Origin: Lingula anatina
Taxonomy: Eukaryota; Animalia; Brachiopoda
NCBI GenBank assembly: GCA_051362555.1
Contig: CM120642.1
Location: forward strand, 29,760,001-29,824,000
Direction: 5' to 3'
DNA: 64,000 bases
Both the position numbers and the translations under genes were made by a program. The notes beneath the pieces were generated by a model. It was given only the letters and a program-made list of their open reading frames with translations, searched no databases and was not told where the DNA came from. Positions 1 through 13,312 of this stretch are shown here, one piece after another (positions within the stretch are counted from its first letter, which is position 1; each line of letters starts with the position of its first letter).

Positions 1-593
1 AAAGTGTTTTTAAAATTAAAGTTTTTTAAAGTTTCATTAATTAAAATTATTAAAGTGAAGCATTTTTAATATTATCATCAAGTAAACAACATATTGACAG
101 GTGCCGTTACTGCCAGACACTGGCACTTGTCAGAAGCTACATAAGCCGCCATGGCACTTTATGCTTAAGATTTCAATTTTTTCGGTGTGCCTAGCTAAAC
201 CAAGAGAGGAAGAGTCGTTAAATTTTCAGCATTTATTAAAAACGTCATCTTCCTCAAATGTCTCCAATTTCATCGCAATATTTTCAAAACTGTTTCTGGT
301 TTTATTACTCTTTTCAGCCATCATTTTTCTATGTCGGCTGCAGGTGCTAATAGGGAGTATGGAATAGGACCACAAAGCTTTTTGTTGGGCAAAGCTACTC
401 CACCGCCTCTATCCGTCACCCATACCTATGGATGGTTCTTGAAACAAGGAAGCGAAAAAAACTGTGTAAAAATGCTACAATGGTTGCTCCTATTAGTCTC
501 AACTGTCGCATCAGGATCAACGACTTCACTGACTAAGGTCTTTTATTTGCAGCAAATTATATTATTGCCATTTCCAGATCGACTGAAATTGAG

Positions 594-625
<32 letters not shown>

Positions 626-2211
626 GTATACTGTATGTTTTAAGGACAGTTTTTACGCTATCTGTAATTATTTTTTCTGTTGAACATGTGAAATTTGTTC
701 TGGTTATAGAACTGAAGCTTTGATAAACTGAAAAGATACTTTCAAACAATGTGTTCCGGAATGAATAAGTTCATATGTATTTCATTACAACTGGTTAATA
801 CCACCATGATGGTTTCACTTATATGTTAAAGAGGGATCTTTATTCTTCCACGAGTTAACTTCATTGAAATCCTTATCTCTAATCCTCCATGATTCACCGT
901 GACTTGTAAAAAGTAGAACAAATAGATACGGAAGCAGGGCTGTATGTGTTGCTATGGTCCTCTCTACTAGACTCGACTGAGAAATATCGTCAATCCCATG
1001 CATAAATTCTTGCTGGACCTCGATGATTTGATACCAGATGGAATCAAATTATTTCTACCCCGGATAAATCCTTATGCCTTCACACATCTGGCAACTCCAA
1101 GTCTTTACTTCATACAGGTAGGTCTTCCGTCTCCACGCATTTCAGATGACAGTGGCAAAAGCTTATTGCTCACTCGATCATGACTGCAAATGGATAGAAA
1201 AGGCGCTTTAGGCAGTGGTCATCTCACAAGCAGCCAGGACCTCTGCTTAGAGCGTCATTTCTACATATATATAAATTTCATCAAGTTCGCAATGAAGGTT
1301 TTTTCACATGAACATCTCGATAAAATTCGATTTTGAGATGAGTTTGACCACAATTAATTTGCATACTACAGTCTTATTGCTTGTAATGTTTGTAAAGCTC
1401 TTATTTCTGTTGCAGATTGAAGGTATTCATCAGATTCGCAGGGAAGGCTTTGTATATATGAATACCTCGCTCAAGTTTGATTTCCGAATGTTTCAGCTTC
1501 GACGAATTTGTTTACCGTGCTAAGATCCTTGATATGCACTTTGAGCACGCGACACATTTGCCTTGCAGAATTCTCTGTCAGCCCCCAAATCAGTAGTTCT
1601 TTAATTGGCTCATATCGTTTGGACGAGAAAGACATTAACACAGGATTTGCAAAATCAGTTAATGCCATTTGACTAATGCAATGCACAAAAGGGACGCCAA
1701 CCCATTTTATTTCATTCTAACGCAATAGACAGATGAAAAGTGTGTAGACTTCTGGAATTAATAGAGTAGTACATGTATGTACGTATACGTATCATGGTTT
1801 TTTATACATTTTACCAGAAGGATCTGTTTGATGAAACTATTATGTTCCTGATAGATCAATAGGAGCCATTAACCCGATTATTTGTTGGATCTTCCGTCGC
1901 TTCTTGAAAAAGGTAACCATAGCTTGTGCCAATGCAGTAACCCCTTTCATCATGTTTGCAATGTATAATTAATGCTGGTAAAACAACACTTAAATAGAGA
2001 GAATGATGTCATGTTTTATTAATAAACCTTAATGGAGTTTTATTGTTCTATGTTAGGTTTATCAATTGGAACACCTTAGTATTAAATTGATTTGCTTGCT
2101 TATCCCCAATAAAAATAAACGATATTGTTACGACCATTGATCAAGACACTTCCTTTCTTCTGTCCTGTTTTCAGCATTGGCAGCCATTGAGTTTACGGAC
2201 TGCAAACAGAG

Positions 2212-2214
<3 letters not shown>

Positions 2215-2271
<57 letters not shown>
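2215..2271. repeat. (TA)n microsatellite
   Basis: Direct read. Confidence 0.95.
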
Positions 2272-2273
<2 letters not shown>

Positions 2274-2547
2274 GGCAAAAATACTATGGTATAGTCTACC
2301 TATACTAGCATTAACAACGTAGTGTTTACACATCTTCCATTTCATTCAGGTCATTCAATAGGCAAGACAATCTATTTCGACGGCTTAGCAAATAGCACGG
2401 ATGGATTTTCAAATAAAATACGTCTCTGCGCAACTTGGATTGCTGTCATCTTAACAATTTCTGCGTGTAACAGATACATATAGAAACTCTTGTGACGATA
2501 TGTATTACTCGGCAAAAATATAACCATTGATAATGACAGCATTTCCA

Positions 2548-3981
2548 ATGGCTAGTGAAATTTATGAACTTGACAATTCCAATTTTCCAGTCTTAACAAC
2601 CTACACTAATGAAGAATATGCACTCCGTACCAACGGGACAGATCTTAATTGCACGGAAATCTTGTACGATATCTCAATGACAAATGCCCGTCTATGTGAG
2701 GCAACAGGAAATTGGTTGATTTGTCTTTCTTTTCGCTTACGTCTAATAGGCCGCCCAGTGGTGTACGTGTTGGGGTTATTAGCAAATGCGTGTGCCATTT
2801 GCGTGCTCAACAGGCCTTCCTTACGCAAGAACACTACATGCATATTCCTTATTGGAGTCGCAGTGGCGGACATGTTCATTTTGGTCAACGGATTCTTCCA
2901 CTGGGCTGAGTATGAACTAAGCGATAGTCACATTTTGTCGGCTAATCTTTACATTTGCAAATCATCTTTATTTATACTTTATACTGCCCCCGAAATAAGT
3001 GCACTCTTATTAGTGATAATGAGTGCAGAGAGATTAATGAAAATCAGATACCCACATCGTTGGTCACCATATTCGAATCCTCGTACTGCGAAGAAAGTCG
3101 TTCTACTCGTTAGTGGTGTGACTATTGCGATTAACGGTCATATTTTCTTTGCCGATGTGTACTTTTCTATTTGCGGTTTTGACATTTGCTGGAATACCTA
3201 TCACGACAGCGTGGATTTACTTGTCAACCATACTGACGGCGTGACATACTTCTTTGCATACGTCAACAGATGGATCTCACTTGCTTTATACTGGATTGTG
3301 CCTCTTCTTAGCCTTCCTGTTATTAACGGATTTATCATAAGGTCAATACGAAAAAGAGAGAAAAAACTAAAATACATTCGTCACTGCAATAATAAACCGA
3401 GCCATTCTCAAGGACAAATAACCAAAATGTTACTACTTGTGACTTTTGCATTTTTGATCATGGTATCAGGTTTGAATTTCATTCAAATAGGAATAGTAAA
3501 TATAAGTGATATTGATGATATTGATGCACGTGCGACATACACCGTTGTCTATTCTATTTTTATTTTATTATTCTACCTGAACCATGCCTCAAATTTCTTT
3601 CTGTATTGTCTTAGCGGACATCGTTACCGCCAGGAACTAAAAGATACAATAAGAATTGTTCTAGGACGATTTGGCTGTCAACGCAAAACCGCCATTCCGG
3701 CAAACACAGGGGATAATGGTCATTTGAATCACATAGCACAGGAACAATCTAGCTCCAGATTCGAAGACAGCAATGACGAAAGTTTTGATCCAGGTGTTTT
3801 TGAACCCAGCAAGTTGGTCAGATACGGGAGCAGTCGGACTCAGACCAGTGCTCTTGATAACGTCAAGACGAAGGATTGTACTGGTGTAATACAAAGTTTA
3901 AGTATGTTGCAGGTTACTGCTGACTGCTCCCCAGCTGATGACGCTGAAACATTAGAAAACGTGTCATCCACACATATGTAA
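2548..3981 (+). CDS. Class A (rhodopsin-like) GPCR, FMRFamide/sex-peptide-receptor-like orphan peptide receptor, paralog 1 (single coding exon)
   Basis: 484-codon ORF with seven hydrophobic segments; TM1 GLLAN, TM2 VAVADM, TM3 SAERL (DRY variant), TM7 NHASNFFLY (NPxxY variant typical of this invertebrate receptor group); N-glycosylation sequons NGT/NCT. ATG 2548 aligns with the paralog 2 start; an in-frame ATG at 2533 is an alternative. Probable 5'UTR intron acceptor ttcattcag|gtcattcaata at 2349/2350 is shared with paralog 2. Confidence 0.9.
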   Translation: MASEIYELDNSNFPVLTTYTNEEYALRTNGTDLNCTEILYDISMTNARLCEATGNWLICLSFRLRLIGRPVVYVLGLLANACAICVLNRPSLRKNTTCIFLIGVAVADMFILVNGFFHWAEYELSDSHILSANLYICKSSLFILYTAPEISALLLVIMSAERLMKIRYPHRWSPYSNPRTAKKVVLLVSGVTIAINGHIFFADVYFSICGFDICWNTYHDSVDLLVNHTDGVTYFFAYVNRWISLALYWIVPLLSLPVINGFIIRSIRKREKKLKYIRHCNNKPSHSQGQITKMLLLVTFAFLIMVSGLNFIQIGIVNISDIDDIDARATYTVVYSIFILLFYLNHASNFFLYCLSGHRYRQELKDTIRIVLGRFGCQRKTAIPANTGDNGHLNHIAQEQSSSRFEDSNDESFDPGVFEPSKLVRYGSSRTQTSALDNVKTKDCTGVIQSLSMLQVTADCSPADDAETLENVSSTHM

Positions 3982-4327
3982 TATAACGCTCATAATGCTA
4001 CGGGCCTGATGCTTAACATGGATTTTTAACATGAGCATACTGTGCTCAATATTCTTGTGTAATCCCATTTTCAACATGACATTGTAGTTTAAACTATGAT
4101 GTGTCCTCACAAGGGCACAGTAGCAACCAGCTGTTTTAACAAAAAAGGATGACGACTGTTCGTATAAGGTCCATACTTCACAATACATACTCTGTAAGCA
4201 ACTCATAGAAATATAATAAATTCCATTTAACACCAAATCAGCGGTCATCGCGTTTGTTCTGGAATCAGACCACGTGGATTTTCATAGATGGCTATACCTC
4301 CGTAAACGTTAAAAAAACATGGACAAA

Positions 4328-4572
4328 GACTGGGTTCCCACACTTAGATCGATCCATCTAGATCGATCTAACTCCCTGGGGGTTCACGCTAAATTGCTAT
4401 CAGCTCAAGAGGCTTAAATGTCTGTCACGCCTACCTAATCAGCTAGGGGTAAAGATAATTACCCTAACAGTTTTATTAGGCGTGGCAGACGTTTAAGTCG
4501 GTTCGTTTGATAGCAATTTAGTGAAACTCCCGAGGGAGATAGATCGATCCAAATATCTGTGGGAATGGTCCC
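4328..4572 (+). mobile_element. PIF/Harbinger-like MITE, family A copy 1
   Basis: Imperfect TIRs with tagatcgatc motifs and internal ctaactccctgggggttcacgctaaa shared with the copies at 6801, 44870 and 49444; right flank TAA. Confidence 0.7.
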
Positions 4573-6800
4573 TAACTTTGAATGCTGGTATGGATCCATT
4601 TACCATGAGTATGTATGTATGTGGGAATTAAGCCATTTACCCCAGGAAAGCCCCTTTTTTTTTGCCAAGCGAACATTCAATTAAATGGGTTTATTAATCT
4701 GTAAATGTAACTTATACTAATTAATGTATTATAACTTAAAACAGAAAATAGAAATAGATGAAAAAAATGGCGGAATCACATACGCCACACACCTTTGAAG
4801 GCCATTAATATTAGCCAATCTTCATGGAATTAACGCCATTGCAGATCAATTCAGCAGTTGTGAGTTTTTTCTAACATAAATTCTAAGGGCGTCTGAGGGT
4901 ATAAAATATTCATTCCTTTTAGCAATAAGTGGTTTATTGTATGTACTTAAGTACACAAAAAATTTACGACAAAGATCATCACGCCCGCTTTGTAAATTAA
5001 CTGATATTGCCGTTTGTAGGCTCCGGTTAGGCATGTGATAAAGCAGTAGGTAAACTTATGTTAATCTGAGCATTGCTTTTTAGTTAACTGTTCCCAGGGA
5101 AGTTCTATCGCACCTGACCCTACTCTCTCGATTAAGTCACCCCTTTATCACTGTGCACACTGGTCGCATGGCGTAGTCTTACATGTACATGTATGTCAAG
5201 CTCTTAACTATGAACACAAACACTGAAATAAGGCATAATTTGCCCTTAAAGCATCAGTCGCTCTTATCAATTGTCTCTCACGAAGCATAACTTTGCTATT
5301 AATTGCGATATTTCATCAACTGTTTTGACAAATATAGTTGACAAAATGTATGAACATAATATGTACCGTTATTGACGTTCTATCGAAAGTAGTTGTAGAT
5401 AACTAATGCATTTTTAATGAAGTTGCCATGAAGTTGCGAGTTTCAATCTGTTATCAAAATGCTATGGAGTGATTTTCTGTGCTAAGTGAACGTTTAATAC
5501 ATGCCACTGTAGTGCCTCAAACATGTAATCAAGAGAAAATTAAAAGCGATAACGTGTGCAACATCAGAAATAACATAACCTATATAGATAATGCTTAAGA
5601 AGGACAGCAACCAAATATCAAGAAAAGCTTAAAATTATCAAATCATTATCTATAACAGAACCATTCACTCATCAGTTCATGGGCAATCATTGAAGCTGTT
5701 TCTTGGGAAACCGTTCAACAATTTGAAAAAGATACATATATCCATTTAAAGAAAACAGAAGAAATACAATGAAAAAGCGTTAAAATTTTCTTTTCTGAGA
5801 AAGAGAAGATGTGTAACAATTTCTATTACCTCATACTTGTGTTTTACAGGAAATAACAACAATGGAATAAAATCGGCAAATTCTTTTGATTTTCAGTCAG
5901 AGATTGATAGAAGGTGCCCATACAGATACCGAAGAATGTGTTAACAGTGTTGCGATAAAAGCATTCCTATTTCTGTTCACAACCGGGCCAAGATAAATTA
6001 AACACAATCAGATTGAAAATTGCCAGATTGCTAATTGAACATATGCTTTTAATTTTGCAGTACGCCACTGGGCGGGGGCTATGTGATCTGGTCGTCATAT
6101 GGCGTCATTTAGACTTTTTACGGATTTGACTTAGTATAGTTATGAGCTGCCTGTTGACATTAAGTATGAATTGTGAGTGGGAAGATTTACACTTGAATGA
6201 CGAGAATTCTATATATGAACTCAATATACCAGTACATCCTGTAAAGACCGTGTGAACACCCAAGCTGTTAACAACTAGCTGCCAGACCAACACCCACGCT
6301 TACGTCCGCCGCGGAGGAAAAATCTCGACACTTGGCGTAAAATAAGGGGGAGGGGGAGACATGGTTCAGAAATAATGGCAGACTAGCGATAACGTTTTTC
6401 AAGCTGACAGAATTTTTCCACGGATATTTTCTGACTGTTTTCTCCTGAGTTATGTGTACTGTAGAGCAGTAGAAATCCTTCTGTTTTGCATTATAATGCG
6501 TTAACTTTATATTACACAAAAATCCTAGCGCGTTTTATATGACGCGTTTCATATGACGTTACGCATTTCCAACAGTCTCGTTTTAGGCTATCTCGAATAA
6601 TATCCCTTCCAAAATATGATTATCTGTCCCCATTACAATCTAAACCAAATAGGTACCGTATATTAACACGCCAGTTAACAAGATCCTTAATAGCATCTTC
6701 AGATTCAGTTAAAGTTCGAGGTACCCACATTCCCGTTGTTTAAACTTGGATGGATCTGGGATGTTTATGTTGAGGGGGTCATGAATCGGGACACGTATAA

Positions 6801-7015
6801 GACCCCATTTCCAGAGATTAGATCGATCTACTTTAGATCGACCTAACTCCCTGGGGGTTCACGCTAAATAGCTGTCAGCCGAGCGGACACGAAAGTAAAT
6901 TACCCCCTTACAGCTTGTAGTAGGCGGGACGGACATTTAAGCCGGATTATCTGACAGTAATCTTGTGAGACTCCCCGCGGGGATAGATCGATCTAAAAGC
7001 TCTGGGAATACAGCC
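6801..7015 (+). mobile_element. PIF/Harbinger-like MITE, family A copy 2
   Basis: 215 bp, TAA/TAA flanks, imperfect TIRs, very similar to 44870-45084. Confidence 0.8.
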
Positions 7016-10000
7016 TAAGACAGCAGGTCCCTTGGATTGCATACAACTCTAAATACTGACAATCACTCAATATACGGGATGCAACATGGAATTTAGTCAG
7101 TAGTTATTTAATTGGCCGGTATGGTTTGCATGATAAGAACATTAACGCGAGATTGGCCAAATAAATCAATCTCATTTGACTGTGGCAATGCACAAATGGA
7201 AAGGACAATTTATTTACACACATCAGAGTATCAGTTGTAATTGTACATTTGACCAATGATAACCAGAAGCTAGCACTGCGGATACAAACATTTACCATAC
7301 TTGCAGCTGGGAGTGCATAGGAGGTTACACAGGTGCAGATAAGTATAACACGTTTTGCATCGCTTTGCACCACTTGCCTGCTTGCATACGAACACACACA
7401 CACAAAAAAAGGAAAACTGAAAGCACTTGGGGAACGGAATTCTCCACTAATCGGTCTCTAGATAATGATTTATTGCATTTACATTGGAAATGAAGACGGT
7501 TGCAGATGTAGTGTAACTACCGTTGCGGCGCGGGTTATTCTATTCCAACCATAAGCTAAGAGTGGTTCGATAATGTATAAATATTAGCGTTATAAAAGTA
7601 ACATATAAAAACCCAATATTCCTGTTAAATACATTAAATGGGAGCCGTATATCTTCAGGTGCTTGTTTGGGTTTCTGCGGCATCCCGATAAATAGAAGGT
7701 TATCACAACTACTGCAGCAATAACGACTTTTAAAATCGTGGTCATAATTGATGCTGGCAAATCATCACTTCGAAAAAGAGAATAATGTTGTTTTCTCATA
7801 ACAACTTAATGATGTTTTGTCATCCTCCTTTGGTTAATCAACTAACACAATGTTGCATGCATAAACATTTATTAGTATATTGTGCATGTTATTTTTACAT
7901 ATTGATACAGATTAGTAATAATTGATTGGCTTGCTTTCCCCTTTGACAAGGAATAAATTGTACAGTTCCACCCTCCCCAGTACTGCTGATATATACATGA
8001 AGAGATTTTATCAAAAAGTGTTACGAATGAAACGCTTAGTTTTCGTGTAAAAATTCATTACCTAAAGTGTCTATAATTTCCCTGAATAATTCATTTCACA
8101 CGTGGTATTATAGGCTTTTTTAATGAGTTGGGAACATGTTCCAGTAGAAGGCACTACTGCATGTCTTGGCAATTTGTGAAGCATCATTACCATTAAGGTT
8201 TACCATATAGCAAATTCACCAAAAACAGCCACTCTATGGTTTTTTGGCGGTTGCCTTCATTAATTCTATCGATTGGGGAGCTAGCACTTAAAGGCACATT
8301 GCTTGATAGTTTGCGTAATAGTGGAGGGTATTTAACAATTGAAAAGCATTCTATCACATCGATGTGACATTTTCGAATCATTTAGTTGCCAATTACCACA
8401 AGCACAGAAGCGCTTAATGGTCTTGAACAAAATATGTAGTCTTTAGAATATTGATGAAACTGTAAAATTGATGATGGACTGAAGACAGGAAAATAACTTT
8501 TACCGGTATATTTCCCGCGGGAACTTCACCTTTCCAAGTCTACAGTGCACAGGTAACACGTACAGGTCATATCAAATACCAGTTTTCTATACTGTAACCC
8601 AGTGTTTCTTTTTATGTCAATTCAAGGAAGGTAGCCTATACTTAGAGACGGAAAAATTCTTTCCACTAACATGATGACAACCCTCTTTCTAAAAAAACAT
8701 CGTGTGGCGTCAACAAATGATGCTACGATTTCTGATATCCGGATGATTGTGCGAGGGTGGAATGTTAATACCGATTCAGTTTAATGCCAAAAAAAGTGTC
8801 ATTTTGGTGATGTTATATCTCGGAGTATTTTATCATTTTATTAAAGGCAAATGTCCGTTTGAACCCATTGTTTCTTATTTTGTCATTTGCAAGAGATGGA
8901 AGTAGATGCACTTGGAAAATGAATTTTTTCTACTCATGTAGCCTTTAGGGGACAAACGTCAATCTCTCTTTCTAAAAAATCTCTGTCGTGGGGCGTCATC
9001 AAATGATGCTTTGATTTTTTGATTTCCCTTCGATGTGCAAGGGTTGAACGTCAATACCAATGCAACTCAATAACAATATATGTCTCCTCAAGTTTACCAT
9101 GATGTTTATTTAAACGTTAATAAGTGACATTGTCGTCACCAGAAATTCAATTTTCAAAATACTTAAGCGAACACCTACGGCTTACACTAATGTCAAGTAG
9201 AACAATAACAAATGAAGCCACCAACATATTGCCAATCAGTGAGTTTTTGTTGAGACACCACAAGGGATAAAGACACTAAATTGTAATCGAAGTTAATTAG
9301 TCTCAGGAACTATTCAAAACCATCTGTTCGTTTCAGTTTGACATGTGCTATTTCACTTTAAATCAGATTTTGAAAACAGTCACAAATTGGAGAGCTCGAG
9401 AATGAACAACCATGTTCACATACACTGGTACTGGACTAGCAAAAGGCTTTGATGATAATACAATGATTGCAACAGATTCGACACAGAACAATTTTTATTT
9501 TAAGTGCACTGAATAGGGCTGTGCTTGTGTTAGCTCCGTCAGCACGAAACCAACGGAGATAAACAAAGTGGTATGTAAAAATCACTTCTATTTCATTAAT
9601 TTGTGCGGGCTTGCTCCTCATTGTTGATTAGAATTTCCCCACATCATTGCTCACTATTATTGTTATTGAATATCAGCATGGCTTCATTAGCTAAAATTTA
9701 GTTTACAGAGAGTTTAAATTGTCATTTAGCAGACAAGGAGAAATGTCTTATTAATCTGCTTGAGTGAACGATGATACTGATATGACTTCACAGGATACAG
9801 ATACATCACTATGCTTTTATGCCTTGTTTTCATCATTATACTTAAAGGAATACGATGCGCTTTAGACCTTTATGCAGCAAAAATGGAATTTCCCTGGAAA
9901 CTGTTTGCCTTTCAGAAAATTGTTCCGCTCAGGTGTAGCAGACCAAATTCGTGTCTACCAGGCTGCCAAGATTAAACATGATAGACAATCTTACATTATT

Positions 10001-10626
10001 GTATGATCACTTTTAGGCCACAGAATACCACAAAAAGGGTCTCAAACCATTTTTTGATATTCTAAACTGTGACCAATTCTATAACTATCCTATGGTATTG
10101 CCAAACCTATAGGCACCTTAATCCCATAGTGTAGTCCGGATTGAAAGTATACAAGGGACTGCTGTTGTTGAATAGCCACTTCAATATCTGTCTCCAGGTG
10201 AGGATGGACTGCGTGCTTCAGCATTTCAAAGTTATTTCTGGACGCTGCTTCCAAGTTCATGTTTGCTCTTTATGGACGATGTTGATCACTGCATTTTGCG
10301 TACATGCGTCTCACAGGGGAAAAACAAAATAGAGCTAACGCTAATTTAATGCGTCAAATCTGAAGGAAATATATCTGGTAGATACAAATATATATGTAAG
10401 TATATCCGTCTACACATCTACCATTTCAGGTCATTCAATATGGGAGACAAATGACGAAATAACAGACTATTTCAACGGCTCAGCAAATGGCACGGATAGA
10501 ATGTTTAAAAGAAGACGCAGTCAGCAGTTGAATTACCGTGATCTGGACAAACTTGCATGTGACAAATATATGTAGATTTAGAAGCTTGGTGCAGATATTC
10601 ATCGTCGTTGGTAAACAGCAGTAACG

Positions 10627-12060
10627 ATGGCAGGTGAAGTTTATCAAAATGACAGTGCCCATTTTCCGTTCTTAAGAACAGACAGTAATGAACAATATGT
10701 ACTCCGTACCAACGGGTCAGATCTTAATTGCACGGAAATCTTGTACGATCATTCAATGACAAATGCCCGTCTGTGTGAAGCAACAGGAAATTGGCTGATT
10801 TGTCTTTCATTTCGCTTGCGTTTGATAGGCCGCCCTGTGGTGTACGTGTTGGGGTTACTGGCGAATACGTGTGCAATGTGTGTGCTCAATAGACCTTCCT
10901 TACGCAAGAACACTACATGCATATTTCTTATTGGAGTTGCAGTGGCAGACATGTTCGTATTGGTCATCGGATTCGTCTTCTGGGTCGAGTATGAACTAAG
11001 CGATAGTCATGCCATGTCGGCTAATCCTTACGTATGTAAATTAACTTTATTTACAGTTTATACTGCCCCCGAAATAAGTGCACTCTTACTAGTGATAATG
11101 AGTGCAGAGAGATTAATGAAAATCAGGTTTCCGCATCGTTGGTCACAAAATTCCAATCCTCGATCTGCGAAAATAGCAATTCTACTCGTTAGTGGTGTGG
11201 CCATTGCGATTAACGGTCATATTTTCTTTGCCGATATGTACTTTTCTATTTGCGGTTTTGACATTTGCTGGAATACCTATCACGACAGCGTGGACTTACT
11301 TGTCAACCATACTGACGGCGTGACGTACTTCTTTGCATACGTCAACAGATGGATCTCACTTGCTTTGTACTGGATTGTGCCACTTCTTAGCCTTCCTATT
11401 ATCAATGGGTTTATAATATGGTCAATACGAAAAAGAGAGAAACAACTTAAACATATGCGTAACTGTAATAATAATAAATCCGGCCATTCTCAAGGACAAA
11501 TAACCAAAATGTTACTACTTGTGACATTTGCATTTTTGATCATGGTTTCAGGGTTGAATTTTATTCAAAGCGGAATTATAAACATTAGTGAACTAAATGA
11601 TGTTGATGCAATGGCAACATATAACATTTTCTATTCTATCTTTATTTTATTATTCTACCTGAACCATGCCTCAAATTTCTTTCTGTATTGCCTGAGCGCA
11701 CAGCGTTACCGCCAAGAACTAAAAGATACAATAAGACTTGTTCTAGGACGATTCGGCTGTCAACGCAAAACCGCCATTCCGGCAAACACGGGGGATCAGG
11801 GCCATTTGAATAGCATAGCACAGGAACACTTAAGTTCTAGATTTGAAACCAGCAATGACGGAAGTTTTTCCCCAGATGTGTTTGAACCCGACTTGGTCAG
11901 ATACGGGAGTACTCGCACTCAGACGAGTGCTCTTGATAACGGCAGTACGAAGTATTCTACGAGCGTCGTACAAATTTTAAGTATGTCACAGGTTACCGCC
12001 GACTGCTCCACAGCTGATGATGCTGATGCATCTGAAAACGTGTTCTCTACGCACATGTAA
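10627..12060 (+). CDS. Class A GPCR, FMRFamide-receptor-like, paralog 2 (tandem duplicate)
   Basis: 477-aa ORF colinear with and highly similar to 2548-3981, with the same motifs and C-terminus (STHM*). Homology extends into the 5'UTR (acceptor ccatttcag|gtcattcaata at 10429/10430) and the proximal 3'UTR. Confidence 0.92.
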   Translation: MAGEVYQNDSAHFPFLRTDSNEQYVLRTNGSDLNCTEILYDHSMTNARLCEATGNWLICLSFRLRLIGRPVVYVLGLLANTCAMCVLNRPSLRKNTTCIFLIGVAVADMFVLVIGFVFWVEYELSDSHAMSANPYVCKLTLFTVYTAPEISALLLVIMSAERLMKIRFPHRWSQNSNPRSAKIAILLVSGVAIAINGHIFFADMYFSICGFDICWNTYHDSVDLLVNHTDGVTYFFAYVNRWISLALYWIVPLLSLPIINGFIIWSIRKREKQLKHMRNCNNNKSGHSQGQITKMLLLVTFAFLIMVSGLNFIQSGIINISELNDVDAMATYNIFYSIFILLFYLNHASNFFLYCLSAQRYRQELKDTIRLVLGRFGCQRKTAIPANTGDQGHLNSIAQEHLSSRFETSNDGSFSPDVFEPDLVRYGSTRTQTSALDNGSTKYSTSVVQILSMSQVTADCSTADDADASENVFSTHM

Positions 12061-12794
12061 TATTACCCTCTTTGTTCTACGGGACTTCAGCTTCACACAT
12101 ATTCTTAACATGAGAAGTGCTCAATATTCTCGTGTGATCCTATTTGCCTTCATACATCACTTATTCTAAAACAGTTTGATTGCAGTTAAACGCTGTGTAT
12201 AAATGAAAACCACTTGTGCATGGGACAGCATTAACGTAACTTTCGATTTTCTATGTCTGGAAATGACGTTGGCGTTGTCAGAAGCATCCATTTTGTGCAT
12301 ATAACGAAATGGAGATTTTTCTCATTTTGTGCTCTGTCAAAATGTTGTCATAGTCGTTCGTTTAATATCAGTTTATTATTATTATTATCTTAATAAAAAT
12401 GCGCTACACATACGCATCAGTGTAAAATGCATGGGTTAAGTACAATAAGAATTCCTAAAGTTGGTGATGTAAACTAAATAAGAAAGCCTTGCAAACATTA
12501 TGAAAACCAAACTTGACTTTATTATTCTAAGACATGTCGAATATATTAAAGCATTGTTCAAAGAATATTAAATGGTGGCTTGTTACATATTCACTCAAAT
12601 ACTGTTGAAATGAAAATGCTTTAACTATAATAATTAGATGTCCTTTTATATTATCTACCTCAGTACGTCTATGACAAATTTGTGGATCTCCGTCTGATGG
12701 TCACTTTTAGCCCTTACCCTCATTCTTTGAGCTTTTCCTCTTGCTCACCATACGGTACATTACATTTTTACATCATTATTATAACCTCTTTCCT

Positions 12795-12930
12795 AGCCTA
12801 TGATGTATCCTACCCAATCCTATCCTACATTGCCCCCTCCCCTATCCTATCCTACCCTATATCCTACATTGTACCCTACCGTACCTTACCGTACCCTATC
12901 CTATTCTACTCCTATCTTATCAAATCCTTA
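12795..12930. repeat. Degenerate (CCTAT/CCGTA)n pentamer repeat
   Basis: atcctacccaatcctatcctac..cctatcctatcctaccctat.. Confidence 0.75.
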
Positions 12931-13312
12931 CCACTGATCATGCTTTCACTCTCAGGCCACTTTCATTCTCTCTCCCAACTACCAGACGCGGCACGGAAGG
13001 ATCCAGAATCACCGTAGATCGGATCACGCTACCGGTTTCCAAAGTGTGTACATGTATTAGTACGCGCCATGAAATATCAGAAGCAGCACCCTCTTGCCTG
13101 GTTTAAGCGTGCCGCGTCTGATAGTTGGGTTGGCCTGACTCTCGCCACTGACTTAGCCAAGGTTGTTATTGGGCTAATGTGGCGAAACAGAGGAGGAAAG
13201 GATGGTCCTTTTTGGGAAGTAATAGATGACCCTTTGTCGGCAGCAATCTCCAGACTTTGCCCAAACAATCCGCAATGACGCGTTGTTGATTGAATTTTTT
13301 TTACCTTTATTT

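Noticed and set aside
2601-2888. Conserved antisense ORFs at 2601-2888, 10749-10967 and 14924-15106
   Set aside because: They are shadows of the paralogous GPCR sense sequence with no independent coding evidence.
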